Position numbers and translations under genes: made by a program. A stretch of 64,000 bases of DNA from Candidatus Latescibacterota bacterium (GTDB lineage: Bacteria; Latescibacterota; UBA2968; GCA-2709665), in contig OZ242358.1 of the NCBI GenBank assembly GCA_965208835.1, positions 1,344,001 to 1,408,000 of the forward strand, written 5' to 3'. Of this stretch, positions 47,167 to 57,154 are shown piece after piece (positions within the stretch are counted from its first letter, which is position 1; each line of letters starts with the position of its first letter). The notes beneath the pieces are model-generated. The model searched no databases. It saw nothing but the letters and a program-made list of their open reading frames with translations, and was not told the origin of the DNA.

Positions 47167-48102
47167 TTATTGCCTGCTTGCGCCGATGCTTTCGAGGATG
47201 TCGACGGGCATTTTGCAAACCATGGTGTACGCGGGGTCGTAGACGTTGCCCACGTCGTATTCCACCGCCTGGCCCATGAGGATGTGAATCGATCGGGTAT
47301 CCAGGCCGTAGTCTTCCTGGAGCAAACGGATCAGCTCGGTGGTGGCGTGCTGCGTTGCCTGGTCCAGAGGGCGGGCGTTGCCCACCGCCATCACGTGGGT
47401 CTCGTTGATCGCACGCGGCCAGTTGATGGTTTTTCCCTTCAACAGGCGCAGCGTGAAGGTGACGTCGAAGGAGATTTCGATGCCGGTGCCCGCGATTTCA
47501 CCGTCGCCCTGCACGGCGTGGCCGTCGCCGATATGGAACAGTCCGCCTTCGACGAAAACGGGGAAATACACGGTTACGCCCTGGACGAATTCCCTGTAGT
47601 CCATGTTGCCGCCGTGTGTATCGGATGTGGCGGTGGAGATCGCCTGGCCGCGGGGCGGCGCCACCCCGAAGCAGCCGACCATGGGTTTCAGGGGAATCCG
47701 GAGCCTGCCGATGGGGAGGTGATCGAAGCCGACGGGCGTGGCCGTGTTGTTTTCGAAGTCGATTTCCCAATCCAGGAGGCGGTCGAGGTTGTCGTCGAAT
47801 TCCGGCGTGTACCCGAAATCCAGCACGTTGGCGGCCACAACGCCCGACGTGTACCCGATCTTGCGGTTGGGCGCCAGTTTGTCGAAGGTTACGGCCAGCG
47901 TATCGCCCGGTTCGGCCCCCTCCAGGTAGAAAGGTCCGGTCTGGGGATTGCCGGCAGGTGTAATAGGCTTGCCCGTGGCGTCGCTTCCGCCGGCATCCAC
48001 GGTGGTGGTTGTGATGGTGTCGCCGCTGGCGACGCTAAGCACCGGGTCATGCGCGCCAATGGCCGTGTGGTAGGTTTTGGGGTCGAAGTGATGGTGAGCC
48101 AT
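47167..48102 (-). CDS. acetamidase/formamidase family protein
   Basis: NPQTGPFY, GAEPGD, HGGNMD, GDGHAVQGDGE, GIE; ATG 48102. Confidence 0.88.
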   Translation of the reverse strand: MAHHHFDPKTYHTAIGAHDPVLSVASGDTITTTTVDAGGSDATGKPITPAGNPQTGPFYLEGAEPGDTLAVTFDKLAPNRKIGYTSGVVAANVLDFGYTPEFDDNLDRLLDWEIDFENNTATPVGFDHLPIGRLRIPLKPMVGCFGVAPPRGQAISTATSDTHGGNMDYREFVQGVTVYFPVFVEGGLFHIGDGHAVQGDGEIAGTGIEISFDVTFTLRLLKGKTINWPRAINETHVMAVGNARPLDQATQHATTELIRLLQEDYGLDTRSIHILMGQAVEYDVGNVYDPAYTMVCKMPVDILESIGASRQ

Positions 48103-48194
48103 GGATACTCCTCTTATAGAAAGTGCGGGAGCGACTGCCGGGCGGTCGGATGAAGGGAGGCCTCCCCGAATGACGCCCTGCGCCGGCGGACTGG

Positions 48195-49118
48195 TTACTG
48201 TTGCACCGCAATCATACGGATGTTTGAAGGCGCCCGCCACGTGGATACCCACGTGAGGCCCCGGTCCTGGCTGCGGTAAAGACAGTCGTCTGCGACCGAC
48301 CAGGCGCGGCCGTCGGGCGTAAAGCCGATGTGAAAGGTGTCGATGTTGCCCGTTGTGGTTCCAGGGAAGCCGTCTGAGACGTGTGACCAGGAAAGGCCGG
48401 CGTCATCGGTCCGGTAGAGCTGTCCCTTCGCATCGCCGTGGGGCCCGGTGCTGACCGACGCGAGCAGGCAGTCCGGTTCATCCGGGTGAACGGCGATGGC
48501 CCGGCCGTAATAGTATGGAAAACCGTCTGAGCGGTGTTGCCAGGACTCGCCCCTGTCGTTGCTGAGATACACGGCGCGTGCCGTGTTCGCGTAGACCCGG
48601 TCATCTTCCCGGGGCGAGGTGGCCACCTGGTGGACGTCCATGTGCAGCTCCGGGGTAACGGGTTCCCAGTTGCGGCCGTGGTCGGGCGACCGCATGATGC
48701 TGCCCACGTGGATGTCGGCGTACACCCAGCCGTCCCGTGTGCGCGCCATGCTCCGGACGGCCGCGGGTCCACCCCAGGGGGTGTACCAATCCGCGCGGCA
48801 TTCCAGCGCGTCGAAAGACTCCAGGCACTCGGTCTCGCCGTCCGTCACGGCATAGACGTGGGGGGCCTCCACGCCGACGAGGAAGCGCAGCGGATCTTCA
48901 TCCAGGATGAGAAGGCACTCAATGGGTTCCTCGATTCCCGTGCCGAGGGTTCTGGCGCCATTACGCGAAAGGACCGCGACTGCCCCGCCCTGCAGTGCGG
49001 CGAGGCGGATGGATCCCCCTTCCGCAATCGCCTGGACTTCACCGTCTTCGAGGACGTTTCGCGGTGAGGTCGGGTCGCCATTCAGGGCGTATACCGTGTC
49101 TCGGGTCGCAATAAGCAT
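48195..49118 (-). CDS. BNR/Asp-box repeat beta-propeller protein
   Basis: Repeats SPDHGRNW, SNDRGESW, TDDAGLSW, SQDRGLTW; no signal peptide. Confidence 0.8.
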   Translation of the reverse strand: MLIATRDTVYALNGDPTSPRNVLEDGEVQAIAEGGSIRLAALQGGAVAVLSRNGARTLGTGIEEPIECLLILDEDPLRFLVGVEAPHVYAVTDGETECLESFDALECRADWYTPWGGPAAVRSMARTRDGWVYADIHVGSIMRSPDHGRNWEPVTPELHMDVHQVATSPREDDRVYANTARAVYLSNDRGESWQHRSDGFPYYYGRAIAVHPDEPDCLLASVSTGPHGDAKGQLYRTDDAGLSWSHVSDGFPGTTTGNIDTFHIGFTPDGRAWSVADDCLYRSQDRGLTWVSTWRAPSNIRMIAVQQ

Positions 49119-49170
49119 ATCGACTCCTCTCAAAGACAACAGTCAAATTGGCCACAAAGAGCCTGAATGC

Positions 49171-49370
49171 GGGTAGAGGCGAGAAAATCCGGTAGACGCA
49201 AGACGTAAGACGGTAGATGAAATCCTTGCCAGATGAGATATTCCTCATTGCCTTTGGCACGAGAAGAATCGTCACAAGGCAGGTAATTTCTCCCGTCTAC
49301 CGTCTCCCCTCTCACCCGGTGGTGCGGTGTGGTGTGGTCCTCTACCCTCTCCCGTCTTACGTCTCACCCG
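49171..49370 (-). repeat. dispersed repeat family B, copy 5 (inverted)
   Basis: TTGCCTTTGGCACGAGAAGAA..ACAAGGCAGGTAAT is reverse complement of core. Confidence 0.8.
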
Positions 49371-49396
49371 GTGGTAGGGCGGCCGAGGGGACAGGG

Positions 49397-50461
49397 TTAG
49401 AAGTAGCGAATATTCAGGCCGCCGTCCGCCAACGGGAGATCGACCGCACGGTGTTCGGCGGCGGCGCGGTTCCATGCCAGGCAGAGTTCCAGCACGTTTC
49501 GCGCGTGTTGCGGCGTGACGTCAAGCGGATGGCCCTCACGGACGCTGCGGACAAAACGTCCCACCGCGGCGTCGATCGTGTCGTTCTGCGCGCGGTAGAA
49601 AACGCGCGGAGCGCCCCCGTCGTCCTTGTGCCAGACGATGCCTTCCATGACATCCAGATGCGCCCGGGCGATACCCTCGGTGCCCACGACTTCCATTTCC
49701 CAGGCCGGGGCGCCGCAATTGACGTTGAAGATGATGTCCATGGACCCCATACGGCCGTCTTCGAACCGGACGGTGCCCTTGCCGGAATCCATCCAGATGC
49801 TGTGCGGCGTGGCCAGGTTGTCGTACTCCGCAAAGGCGCGGACCGCGGGTGAATCGATGAGCCAGAGCAGCAGGTCCGCGGCGTAGACGCCCAGCGAAAG
49901 CCCAATGCCGCCCTGGCCGGGGCCGAATTCACCGCTTCCGTCAAAAACCGTTCCCGGGCCGAAACAGCCGTGCTGAATCCACGCCCTGGACGTGATGACG
50001 CGTCCGACCGCCCCGTTTTGCACCCGGGTTCCCATCGCGCGGATGGCGCCGTCTTCCCGTCCGGGCAGCAGGGCGGACAGCAGTACGTCGTTGCGGCGGG
50101 ATGCGTCGATCATCAGGTCGGCGCCCGCCAGGCTCATACACATGGGCTTGCTGATAAATGCGTGAGCGCCCGCGTCCATCGCGCCGGCCGCCTGCTGCGG
50201 TTTCTGGTCATCCGGACATGTGATGAAGACGAGGTCGAGGGACTCGGCGTGGACCATCTCCGGCACCGCGGCGTATGCCCGGATGCCGTGTTGGACGCCG
50301 AATGCCTCCCTGGACTGCATGCCGAGTCTGCCGAGGGTTTCGTCGCTCTGATCCAGATGTGCGTACGCCGCCAGTTCGATGTCCGGGTTACGTGTCGCGG
50401 ACCGGGCAAACGCATTGGAATAGTACGATCCGATGCCGCACACGCCCGCTTTCAGCGCCAT
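49397..50461 (-). CDS. Gfo/Idh/MocA family oxidoreductase
   Basis: GVCGIGS, HAFISKPM (EKP-like), GRVIT, VYAADLL. Confidence 0.85.
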   Translation of the reverse strand: MALKAGVCGIGSYYSNAFARSATRNPDIELAAYAHLDQSDETLGRLGMQSREAFGVQHGIRAYAAVPEMVHAESLDLVFITCPDDQKPQQAAGAMDAGAHAFISKPMCMSLAGADLMIDASRRNDVLLSALLPGREDGAIRAMGTRVQNGAVGRVITSRAWIQHGCFGPGTVFDGSGEFGPGQGGIGLSLGVYAADLLLWLIDSPAVRAFAEYDNLATPHSIWMDSGKGTVRFEDGRMGSMDIIFNVNCGAPAWEMEVVGTEGIARAHLDVMEGIVWHKDDGGAPRVFYRAQNDTIDAAVGRFVRSVREGHPLDVTPQHARNVLELCLAWNRAAAEHRAVDLPLADGGLNIRYF

Positions 50462-50693
50462 GGTTTCAGTTCCCACGTGACTGGTGACGAACGAAATGGG
50501 CCCGCGGGATCGTCGCTCCGAAAATCCGGTATCCGGCGCGCCCCGGCATGCTGTTCACGGGTGGATATTTATGGCAATATCAGTGTCATTGTCAAGCGCA
50601 ATCGTTCGCGGAGCCGGTTTGGACGGGGTGCCGGTTGGGGCTGGAGTGTCGCGTCGATTGACGCGCAGATTGACGGACATACGTCCAAAGCGA

Positions 50694-50885
50694 ATGGAAG
50701 TTGTTTTAAAATTCCTGGTGAGTTCCCGAGCGCGGGCGAAAAAGTGGCGGTCAAGGCGGGAAAATCCGCCTATGAGAGGCGAGCAAGCGCAGCCTCGATC
50801 TCGTAGGACGGGTGGGTTTGACCAACGCCGACCGGCGCTTTTGCAGCCGCGCGAAGACCGCCGGGGATTTTAAGACAGCTTCTTA
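50694..50885. mobile_element. MITE family A, copy 3 (inverted, with internal insertion)
   Basis: GAAGTTGTTTTAAAATT ... GATTTTAAGACAGCTTCTTA; body is reverse complement of copies 1/2. Confidence 0.85.
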
Positions 50886-50899
50886 GATCGGGAGGCTGA

Positions 50900-52333
50900 A
50901 TGAACGACGGTGAAACCGGGATTCGGCTGGAGGTGGCGGGTGAGGCGTCGTCGCCGACGGGTCAATCGTCAGACATCCGGGATATCGACAATAGCCTCGC
51001 CGCAATCCACGAACTGTTCGCGGATGAAGCGTCGCTGCAGGCGGACACCCTTGCGCGGTACGGGCGGGCCTGGACGCGCAGCCATCTGCAGGATGGCGAT
51101 CTCCGACGGACGCTGGACCTCGCGAATCGCGCACGCGCCGAGTTTGCTGCGCTCGTAACGGTCGGCATCGGGGGGTCCGATCTGAGCGCGAGGGTCTTTC
51201 ACGACGTGCTCAATCCCGCTTACCACAACCTCCTGCCGGCGGACGGGCGGGGCGGAGCGCCGGAAGTCTATTTCACGGGGGATACGTTCGACCCGCGCCG
51301 GCTGGGCGAACTGCTGGACATGCTGACCCGGCGCGGGATGCTGGGCCGGACTCTGTTCAACGTAATCAGCAAATCCGGGCGCACGGGCGAGACCATCGGT
51401 GCGTTGATGGTGGTGCGGGACCGGCTTTCACGTCAGGCTGTGAAGGACTGGAATAGCCACATTGTAGCTACAACCGGTCCGTACGGCGGGAACCCGCTGT
51501 TTGAAATGCACCGGAAGCGTCCGTTCTTCGGTGAGTCGCTGCTGCCGGTGCCGGAGGGCGTGGGAGGCAGGTTTTCGGCATTTTCACCCGTGGGGACGTT
51601 CTTTCTGGCGATGACAGCCGGAACGGGGATGTCCCCCGGTTCACGTGTACGGGGGATGCTCGAGGGGGTGCGGTGGGCGGAGGCGCGCTGGCGCCTGCCC
51701 TGGCCGGACGAGCGAAACATCGCCTGCCGCCTCGCCAGGTGGCTGCATCTCCATGAACGGTACGGCCGGAAACAGGCGCTGGTTTTCTACAATTACGCGG
51801 ACAACCGGCGTCCGGGAGACTGGTTCCAGCAGCTATACGACGAGTCGCTGCAGGAGAGGGGAGGCGGCCTCCACGTCGTTCCTGCCGTTGGACCGGCGGG
51901 AAACCATTCCGTCCTGAACGGAATCGTCGCCGGACGTGCGGACAGGGTGGTTCTTTTCGTACACTGGGAGGACCTGGGCCGGGACCTGCGGATTCCGGAC
52001 GGTACGGAGATCGGGGGCGAGATGGCGGCGTTCGGCGGGCTGCGTATGAGCGGGGCGCAGTCGGCTTCGTACCTTGGCACCGCCCGGGACTTTTCCGCGC
52101 GCGGGATTCCGAACGCGACGCTGCATGTGGCCAGGCGGGACGAGAGGCACCTTGGCGCATTGATGCGGGTACTGATGGATACCGTTGCGGTGAAGGGAAG
52201 ACTGCAAGGCCAGCACGTGAACGACGCGGGGGAGGCGGACCCGGCCGCCGATCTCACCTACTCACAGGACGGGGTAGAGGGCTACAAAGAGCGAACGCGC
52301 GATCTGGCGGCTCAGATAAAATCGGAACGCTGA
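50900..52333 (+). CDS. pgi: glucose-6-phosphate isomerase (divergent)
   Basis: GIGGS, SKSGRTGET, VGGRFS, QQLYDESL, GNHS, QDGVEGYK. Confidence 0.75.
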   Translation: MNDGETGIRLEVAGEASSPTGQSSDIRDIDNSLAAIHELFADEASLQADTLARYGRAWTRSHLQDGDLRRTLDLANRARAEFAALVTVGIGGSDLSARVFHDVLNPAYHNLLPADGRGGAPEVYFTGDTFDPRRLGELLDMLTRRGMLGRTLFNVISKSGRTGETIGALMVVRDRLSRQAVKDWNSHIVATTGPYGGNPLFEMHRKRPFFGESLLPVPEGVGGRFSAFSPVGTFFLAMTAGTGMSPGSRVRGMLEGVRWAEARWRLPWPDERNIACRLARWLHLHERYGRKQALVFYNYADNRRPGDWFQQLYDESLQERGGGLHVVPAVGPAGNHSVLNGIVAGRADRVVLFVHWEDLGRDLRIPDGTEIGGEMAAFGGLRMSGAQSASYLGTARDFSARGIPNATLHVARRDERHLGALMRVLMDTVAVKGRLQGQHVNDAGEADPAADLTYSQDGVEGYKERTRDLAAQIKSER

Positions 52334-52479
52334 CCAGGCGACGTGGCGCGTAGCTGGATGAATCGGCGACCCGATGGCGAGGTATTTTCGGGAAAGAACA
52401 CTTCCTGTTGTGCCGCCCTTTTGTTGTGATTATCTTGACCGCCGCCGCGGTTTTTCCATAGGTGAAAAGGAGCATAACG

Positions 52480-54672
52480 ATGGCTGTTGAAATTGGCGGT
52501 TTAAGGGTAAGCGAGGTCCTGTACAATTTGGTCAGAGACGAGATCGCACCGGGTACGGATGTCCACCCGGATGCATTCTGGACTGCGCTCGGAGAGATCG
52601 TCCAGGACCTGGGCGCCCGGAACCGGGAGTTGCTGGAAGATCGGGACCGCATTCAGAAGAAGATGGACCGGTGGTACCTGGAGAGGAAGGGACGGCCGAT
52701 AGACCGGGCGGAGTACCGGAACTTTCTGGCCGAAATCGGCTACCTGGCGCCGGAGGGAGACCACTTTGAGCTGACCACCGCCCGCGTGGACCCCGAAATC
52801 GCAACGGTGGCCGGCCCCCAGCTGGTGGTCCCCGTGGACAATGCCAGGTATGCGCTCAATGCGGCCAACGCGCGCTGGGGCAGTCTTTACGACGCCCTTT
52901 ACGGAACGAACGTCATTCCGGAGGAACCCGGCGCCGAAAGGGAAGAGGCCTACAATCCGGTCCGCGGCGCGAAGGTGATCGACGCGGCCGAGGCGTTTCT
53001 GGACGACGTTGCGGGTCTGGCATCCGGCCGATACTCGGAGGTCACGCGCTTTGCGGTTGAGGAAGAGGACGGCGTCGGCCGACTCATTGCGACGCTTCGG
53101 GTCGGCGGCGAGGTCGGCCTGGCGGACCCCGATCAGTTCCGCGGATATCGGAGAGATGAGGGCGAACTCTCCGCGGTATTGCTGGTGAACAACGGTCTTC
53201 ACATCGAAATCCGAATCGACCGCGGTCATCCGGTGGGCGCCGCGCATCCGGCGGGGGTCAAGGACGTTCTTCTGGAGGCGGCGGTGACGACCATCCAGGA
53301 TTGCGAGGATTCGGTGTCTGCCGTTGACGCCGAAGACAAGGCACGGGTATACGGGAACTGGAACGGCATTATGCGCGGCACGCTGGAGACGACCTTCGAA
53401 AAGGGCGGCCGGCCGATGACGCGGCGGCTGAGTCCGGACCGGGAGTTTACGGCGCCGGATGGAGGGAAACTCAACCTGCCGGGACGCAGCCTCCTGCTGG
53501 TACGGAACGTCGGCATCCATATGTACACCGATAGCGTTACAACCAGCGACGGTGCGGAAATCCCGGAGGGTTTCCTGGATGCAATGGTGACCGCGCTTGC
53601 GGCCAAACACGATCTGATTCGACACGGGGAATTCGTCAACAGCGCATCGGGCAGCATCTACGTCGTGAAACCCAAGCTGCACGGCCCCGCGGAGGTCGCT
53701 GCCACGATCGACCTGTTCGAACGGGTGGAAGCGGCGCTGGGTCTGGAGCGGAATACGATCAAGGTCGGCATTATGGACGAAGAGCGACGGACCACGGTGA
53801 ATCTGAAGGCGGCGATCCGGGAGGCCAGGGATCGGGTTGTGTTCATCAATACGGGTTTTCTGGACCGTACCGGAGACGAGATTCATACGAGCATGGAGGC
53901 CGGTCCGATGCATCCGAAGGCGGACATCAGGGCGCAACCCTGGCTCGCGGCGTACGAGGACTGGAACGTGGACGTGGGGGTGGAGACCGGTTTCAGCGGT
54001 CGGGGTCAGATCGGGAAAGGGATGTGGACCATGCCGGACGAGATGCGGGATATGGTGGAGACCAAAATCGGACATCCGGAAGCCGGCGCGAGTACGGCAT
54101 GGGTACCGTCCCCCACGGCGGCGGTTCTGCACGCCATGCACTATCACCGGGTGGACGTGGCGGCAAGGCAGGCGGAGCTTGCCAGGCGGGAACGGGCGAG
54201 CCTGGACGAAATCCTGACGCCGCCGATGTTGGACCGGGACCTGACGGAGGACGAGATCCAGCGGGAGCTGGACAACAATGCCCAGGGTATTCTGGGATAC
54301 GTCGTGCGGTGGGTGGACCAGGGCGTGGGTTGCTCGAAGGTGCCCGATATCAACAACGTGGGACTGATGGAAGACCGGGCAACGCTGCGGATTTCCAGCC
54401 AGCACATCGCCAACTGGCTGCATCACGGAATCGTGAGCCAGGCACAGGTGCGTTCCACATTCGAAAAGATGGCGGTATTGGTGGACGAGCAGAACAGCGG
54501 AGACCCGGATTATCGGAATATGGCGCCGCACTTCGCGAATAGCGTCGCGTTCCAGGCCGCGCTGGAGCTGGTTTTCGAGGGCGTGGCGGAACCGAACGGC
54601 TACACCGAACGGGTGCTGCACCAGCGGCGGCGGGAAGTGAAAAAACGGGTAGACGCAAGACGTGAGACGTGA
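52480..54672 (+). CDS. glcB: malate synthase G
   Basis: [63 protein letters not shown]. Confidence 0.97.
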   Translation: MAVEIGGLRVSEVLYNLVRDEIAPGTDVHPDAFWTALGEIVQDLGARNRELLEDRDRIQKKMDRWYLERKGRPIDRAEYRNFLAEIGYLAPEGDHFELTTARVDPEIATVAGPQLVVPVDNARYALNAANARWGSLYDALYGTNVIPEEPGAEREEAYNPVRGAKVIDAAEAFLDDVAGLASGRYSEVTRFAVEEEDGVGRLIATLRVGGEVGLADPDQFRGYRRDEGELSAVLLVNNGLHIEIRIDRGHPVGAAHPAGVKDVLLEAAVTTIQDCEDSVSAVDAEDKARVYGNWNGIMRGTLETTFEKGGRPMTRRLSPDREFTAPDGGKLNLPGRSLLLVRNVGIHMYTDSVTTSDGAEIPEGFLDAMVTALAAKHDLIRHGEFVNSASGSIYVVKPKLHGPAEVAATIDLFERVEAALGLERNTIKVGIMDEERRTTVNLKAAIREARDRVVFINTGFLDRTGDEIHTSMEAGPMHPKADIRAQPWLAAYEDWNVDVGVETGFSGRGQIGKGMWTMPDEMRDMVETKIGHPEAGASTAWVPSPTAAVLHAMHYHRVDVAARQAELARRERASLDEILTPPMLDRDLTEDEIQRELDNNAQGILGYVVRWVDQGVGCSKVPDINNVGLMEDRATLRISSQHIANWLHHGIVSQAQVRSTFEKMAVLVDEQNSGDPDYRNMAPHFANSVAFQAALELVFEGVAEPNGYTERVLHQRRREVKKRVDARRET

Positions 54673-54855
54673 GAGTACGACACCCCACCCCACCACCTGG
54701 TGAGAAGGAAGACGGGAGAGGGGAGAGATTGCCTGCCTTGTCAGGATTCTTTTCATGCATAAGGCAAGGAGGGAAGACATATCAGGTAAAGGCTTCTTCT
54801 TCCGTCTCACCTCTACCGTCTCCCCGCATTTCTTCTACCGTCTAACGTCTCACCG
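54647..54855 (+). repeat. dispersed repeat family B, copy 6
   Basis: Same core; left arm overlaps last codons and stop of glcB. Confidence 0.85.
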
Positions 54856-54869
54856 CTTCATGTTGTTCA

Positions 54870-54897
54870 TTGACTTTTACCCAGCGAGTATTAACTT
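54870..54897 (+). promoter_or_regulatory. sigma70-like promoter candidate
   Basis: TTGACT-16 bp-TAACTT upstream of Mo-hydroxylase operon. Confidence 0.35.
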
Positions 54898-54957
54898 TTG
54901 ATATTGGATTCCTGATACCTTGTCAAATTGCGACATTCGAGAAGGAGGAGGCAGGAG

Positions 54958-57150
54958 ATGCAGGCCCCAAGCGAGTTGAAATCCGTAGGGCAGCGGGTGG
55001 CCAGGCTGAACGGGCCGGATATCGTGACGGGCCGGATTCAGTACGCCGACGATATCCAGCTACCCGGTATGCTGTACGGCCGCATTCTGCGCAGCCCGCA
55101 CGGCCACGCGCGCATTCGGAAAATCGATACCTCCAGAGCCAAAAAGCTGCCCGGGGTGGTGGACGTGGTGTGCGGCCTGGACGTGCCCGACCTGTCAATT
55201 TTCGAGTGCAAAGAGGTCTGCTACCAGGGTCAGAAGGTGGCGGCGGTGGCTGCCGTGGATCCGGATATCGCAGAGGACGCGCTCGCATTGATCGAGGTGG
55301 ATTATGATGTACTGCCCGCGGTCGTGGATCCCGTGCACGCCATGGAACCCGACGCTCCCGAGGCCGTGCTGGGGGCGCCGACGGAGGACGTAAAGGCTCC
55401 GGATGGACGCAGATTGCGGAACGTGACGGCCTACAACGTCCTGGAGGAGGGGGACGTTGAGCGGGGCTTCGCGGACGCAGACGCAGTCGTCGAGGCGGAA
55501 TATCAGGTTCCGTTCTTCAACCAGACTTACATGGAGCCGAACGCCGCCACGGCGCGCCTGGAGGCGGACGGAAGGCTTACGGTTTGGGCAGCGGGGCAGG
55601 GCACGTTCACCAAACGCGAAGGTCTCGCGGAAGCATTGAACATCCCCGAGGGGCGCATACGCGTGATCATGACTGAAACCGGAGGCAGCTTCGGGGGAAA
55701 GAATCGCATAAATATCGAAGCGCACACCGCACTGCTGGCCATGCGAACGGGCCGCCCCGTGAGGCTGACGATAAACCGCGGGGAGGATTTTCGCGACAGC
55801 CGCCCGGGCCCGGGTTGCTGGGTGCGGTTGAAAACAGGCGCGCGCAAGGACGGGACCGTAACGGCCGTAGAGGGGCGAATTGTGTGGGACGGCGGCGTGA
55901 TGGGCAGCGGAGGCGCCGCGAACCGTCTGCTGGGACCCTACAGGATTCCGAATTTCAGGCTGGAAGGCATGGCCGTGCGAACGAACAAACCGGGCCCGGG
56001 CGCGTATCGGGCGCCCGGTGGACCGCAGACGGCGCTTGCCAGGGAGTCCAACCTGGACATGGTGGCCCACAAGCTGGGGATCGACCCGCTGGAGTTCCGC
56101 TTGAAGAACGGGCTCGGCAAGGGCGATCAGCCGCTCATACAGCACGACTGGCTGAAAGACACCATACGAAAAACCGCGGAGACCGCGGGATGGGGCCGTC
56201 GCGAACTGAAACCCAACCAGGGCATGGGAATCGCGGTGGGGGATTGGCACAACGCATCCGGGCCGACCAACGCGTTCGTTACGATGTCTGCGGATGGATC
56301 GGTGGCCCTCGTGACCGGACAGGTCGACATTACAGGTCTGCATACGGTGATGGCACAGGTTGTGGCCGAGGAAATGGGGGTACCCGTCGAGATGGTGACG
56401 GTCCGGCTGGGAGATACGGACACGGTCCCCTACGCGTCATTGAGCGCCGGAAGCAAAGCGGCCTATTCCGCCGGCACCGCCGCGCGGGAGGCTGGACGCG
56501 AGGCGAGAGAGCAGTTGTTGCGCCTGGCAGCCGAAAGGCTCGAGGCCGCCGTGGACGACCTGGTCATCACGAACCAGAGGGTGCATATCGTGGGTTCGCC
56601 TGACCACGCCATCGGCCTTGGCGAACTGGCCGCCGAAGCGATCGAGTCCAGCGGCGCCGTCAACGGCCGGTGCGTGCTGAGCAGCGTTCCCACCTACCCC
56701 TCCTATTCGGTTAACGTCGCCACCGTCGAGGTGGACTCCGGTACGGGGCAGGTGCGGCTCCTCGATCTCGTGGCCGGGCAGGACGTGGGCCGAGCGCTCA
56801 ATCCCCTGCTCGTGGAGGGTCAGATGCAGGGCGGCGCCATACAATCCATCGGTTTCGGACTCATGGAGGGATACCGGTACGACGAGAAGGGTCGGATGCT
56901 GAATCCCAATCTGCTGGACTACGCGATCCCGACCGCGCTGGACGTGCCGAACATCCAGACGGTTATGGTCGAGGACCCCTGCGAACACGGACCCTATGGA
57001 GGCAAGGGCGTGGGTGAACCGCCCATCATTCCCGGTGGCGCCGCGGTTGCAAACGCGATCTACGACGCGGTTGGCGCCAGGGTCCGTGAGCTGCCCATGA
57101 CACCGGAGCGCGTGGTGGCGGCGTTGCAGGAAGCCGGCAAAGGAGGTTGA
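54958..57150 (+). CDS. xanthine dehydrogenase family molybdopterin-binding subunit
   Basis: LRSPHGHARI, YMEPN, GGSFGGK, AYRAPG, GQMQGG, KGVGEPP. Confidence 0.92.
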   Translation: MQAPSELKSVGQRVARLNGPDIVTGRIQYADDIQLPGMLYGRILRSPHGHARIRKIDTSRAKKLPGVVDVVCGLDVPDLSIFECKEVCYQGQKVAAVAAVDPDIAEDALALIEVDYDVLPAVVDPVHAMEPDAPEAVLGAPTEDVKAPDGRRLRNVTAYNVLEEGDVERGFADADAVVEAEYQVPFFNQTYMEPNAATARLEADGRLTVWAAGQGTFTKREGLAEALNIPEGRIRVIMTETGGSFGGKNRINIEAHTALLAMRTGRPVRLTINRGEDFRDSRPGPGCWVRLKTGARKDGTVTAVEGRIVWDGGVMGSGGAANRLLGPYRIPNFRLEGMAVRTNKPGPGAYRAPGGPQTALARESNLDMVAHKLGIDPLEFRLKNGLGKGDQPLIQHDWLKDTIRKTAETAGWGRRELKPNQGMGIAVGDWHNASGPTNAFVTMSADGSVALVTGQVDITGLHTVMAQVVAEEMGVPVEMVTVRLGDTDTVPYASLSAGSKAAYSAGTAAREAGREAREQLLRLAAERLEAAVDDLVITNQRVHIVGSPDHAIGLGELAAEAIESSGAVNGRCVLSSVPTYPSYSVNVATVEVDSGTGQVRLLDLVAGQDVGRALNPLLVEGQMQGGAIQSIGFGLMEGYRYDEKGRMLNPNLLDYAIPTALDVPNIQTVMVEDPCEHGPYGGKGVGEPPIIPGGAAVANAIYDAVGARVRELPMTPERVVAALQEAGKGG

Positions 57151-57154
57151 AGTT

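Noticed and set aside
52501-54810. 769 aa minus-strand ORF
   Set aside because: Antisense to glcB and starts inside a repeat.
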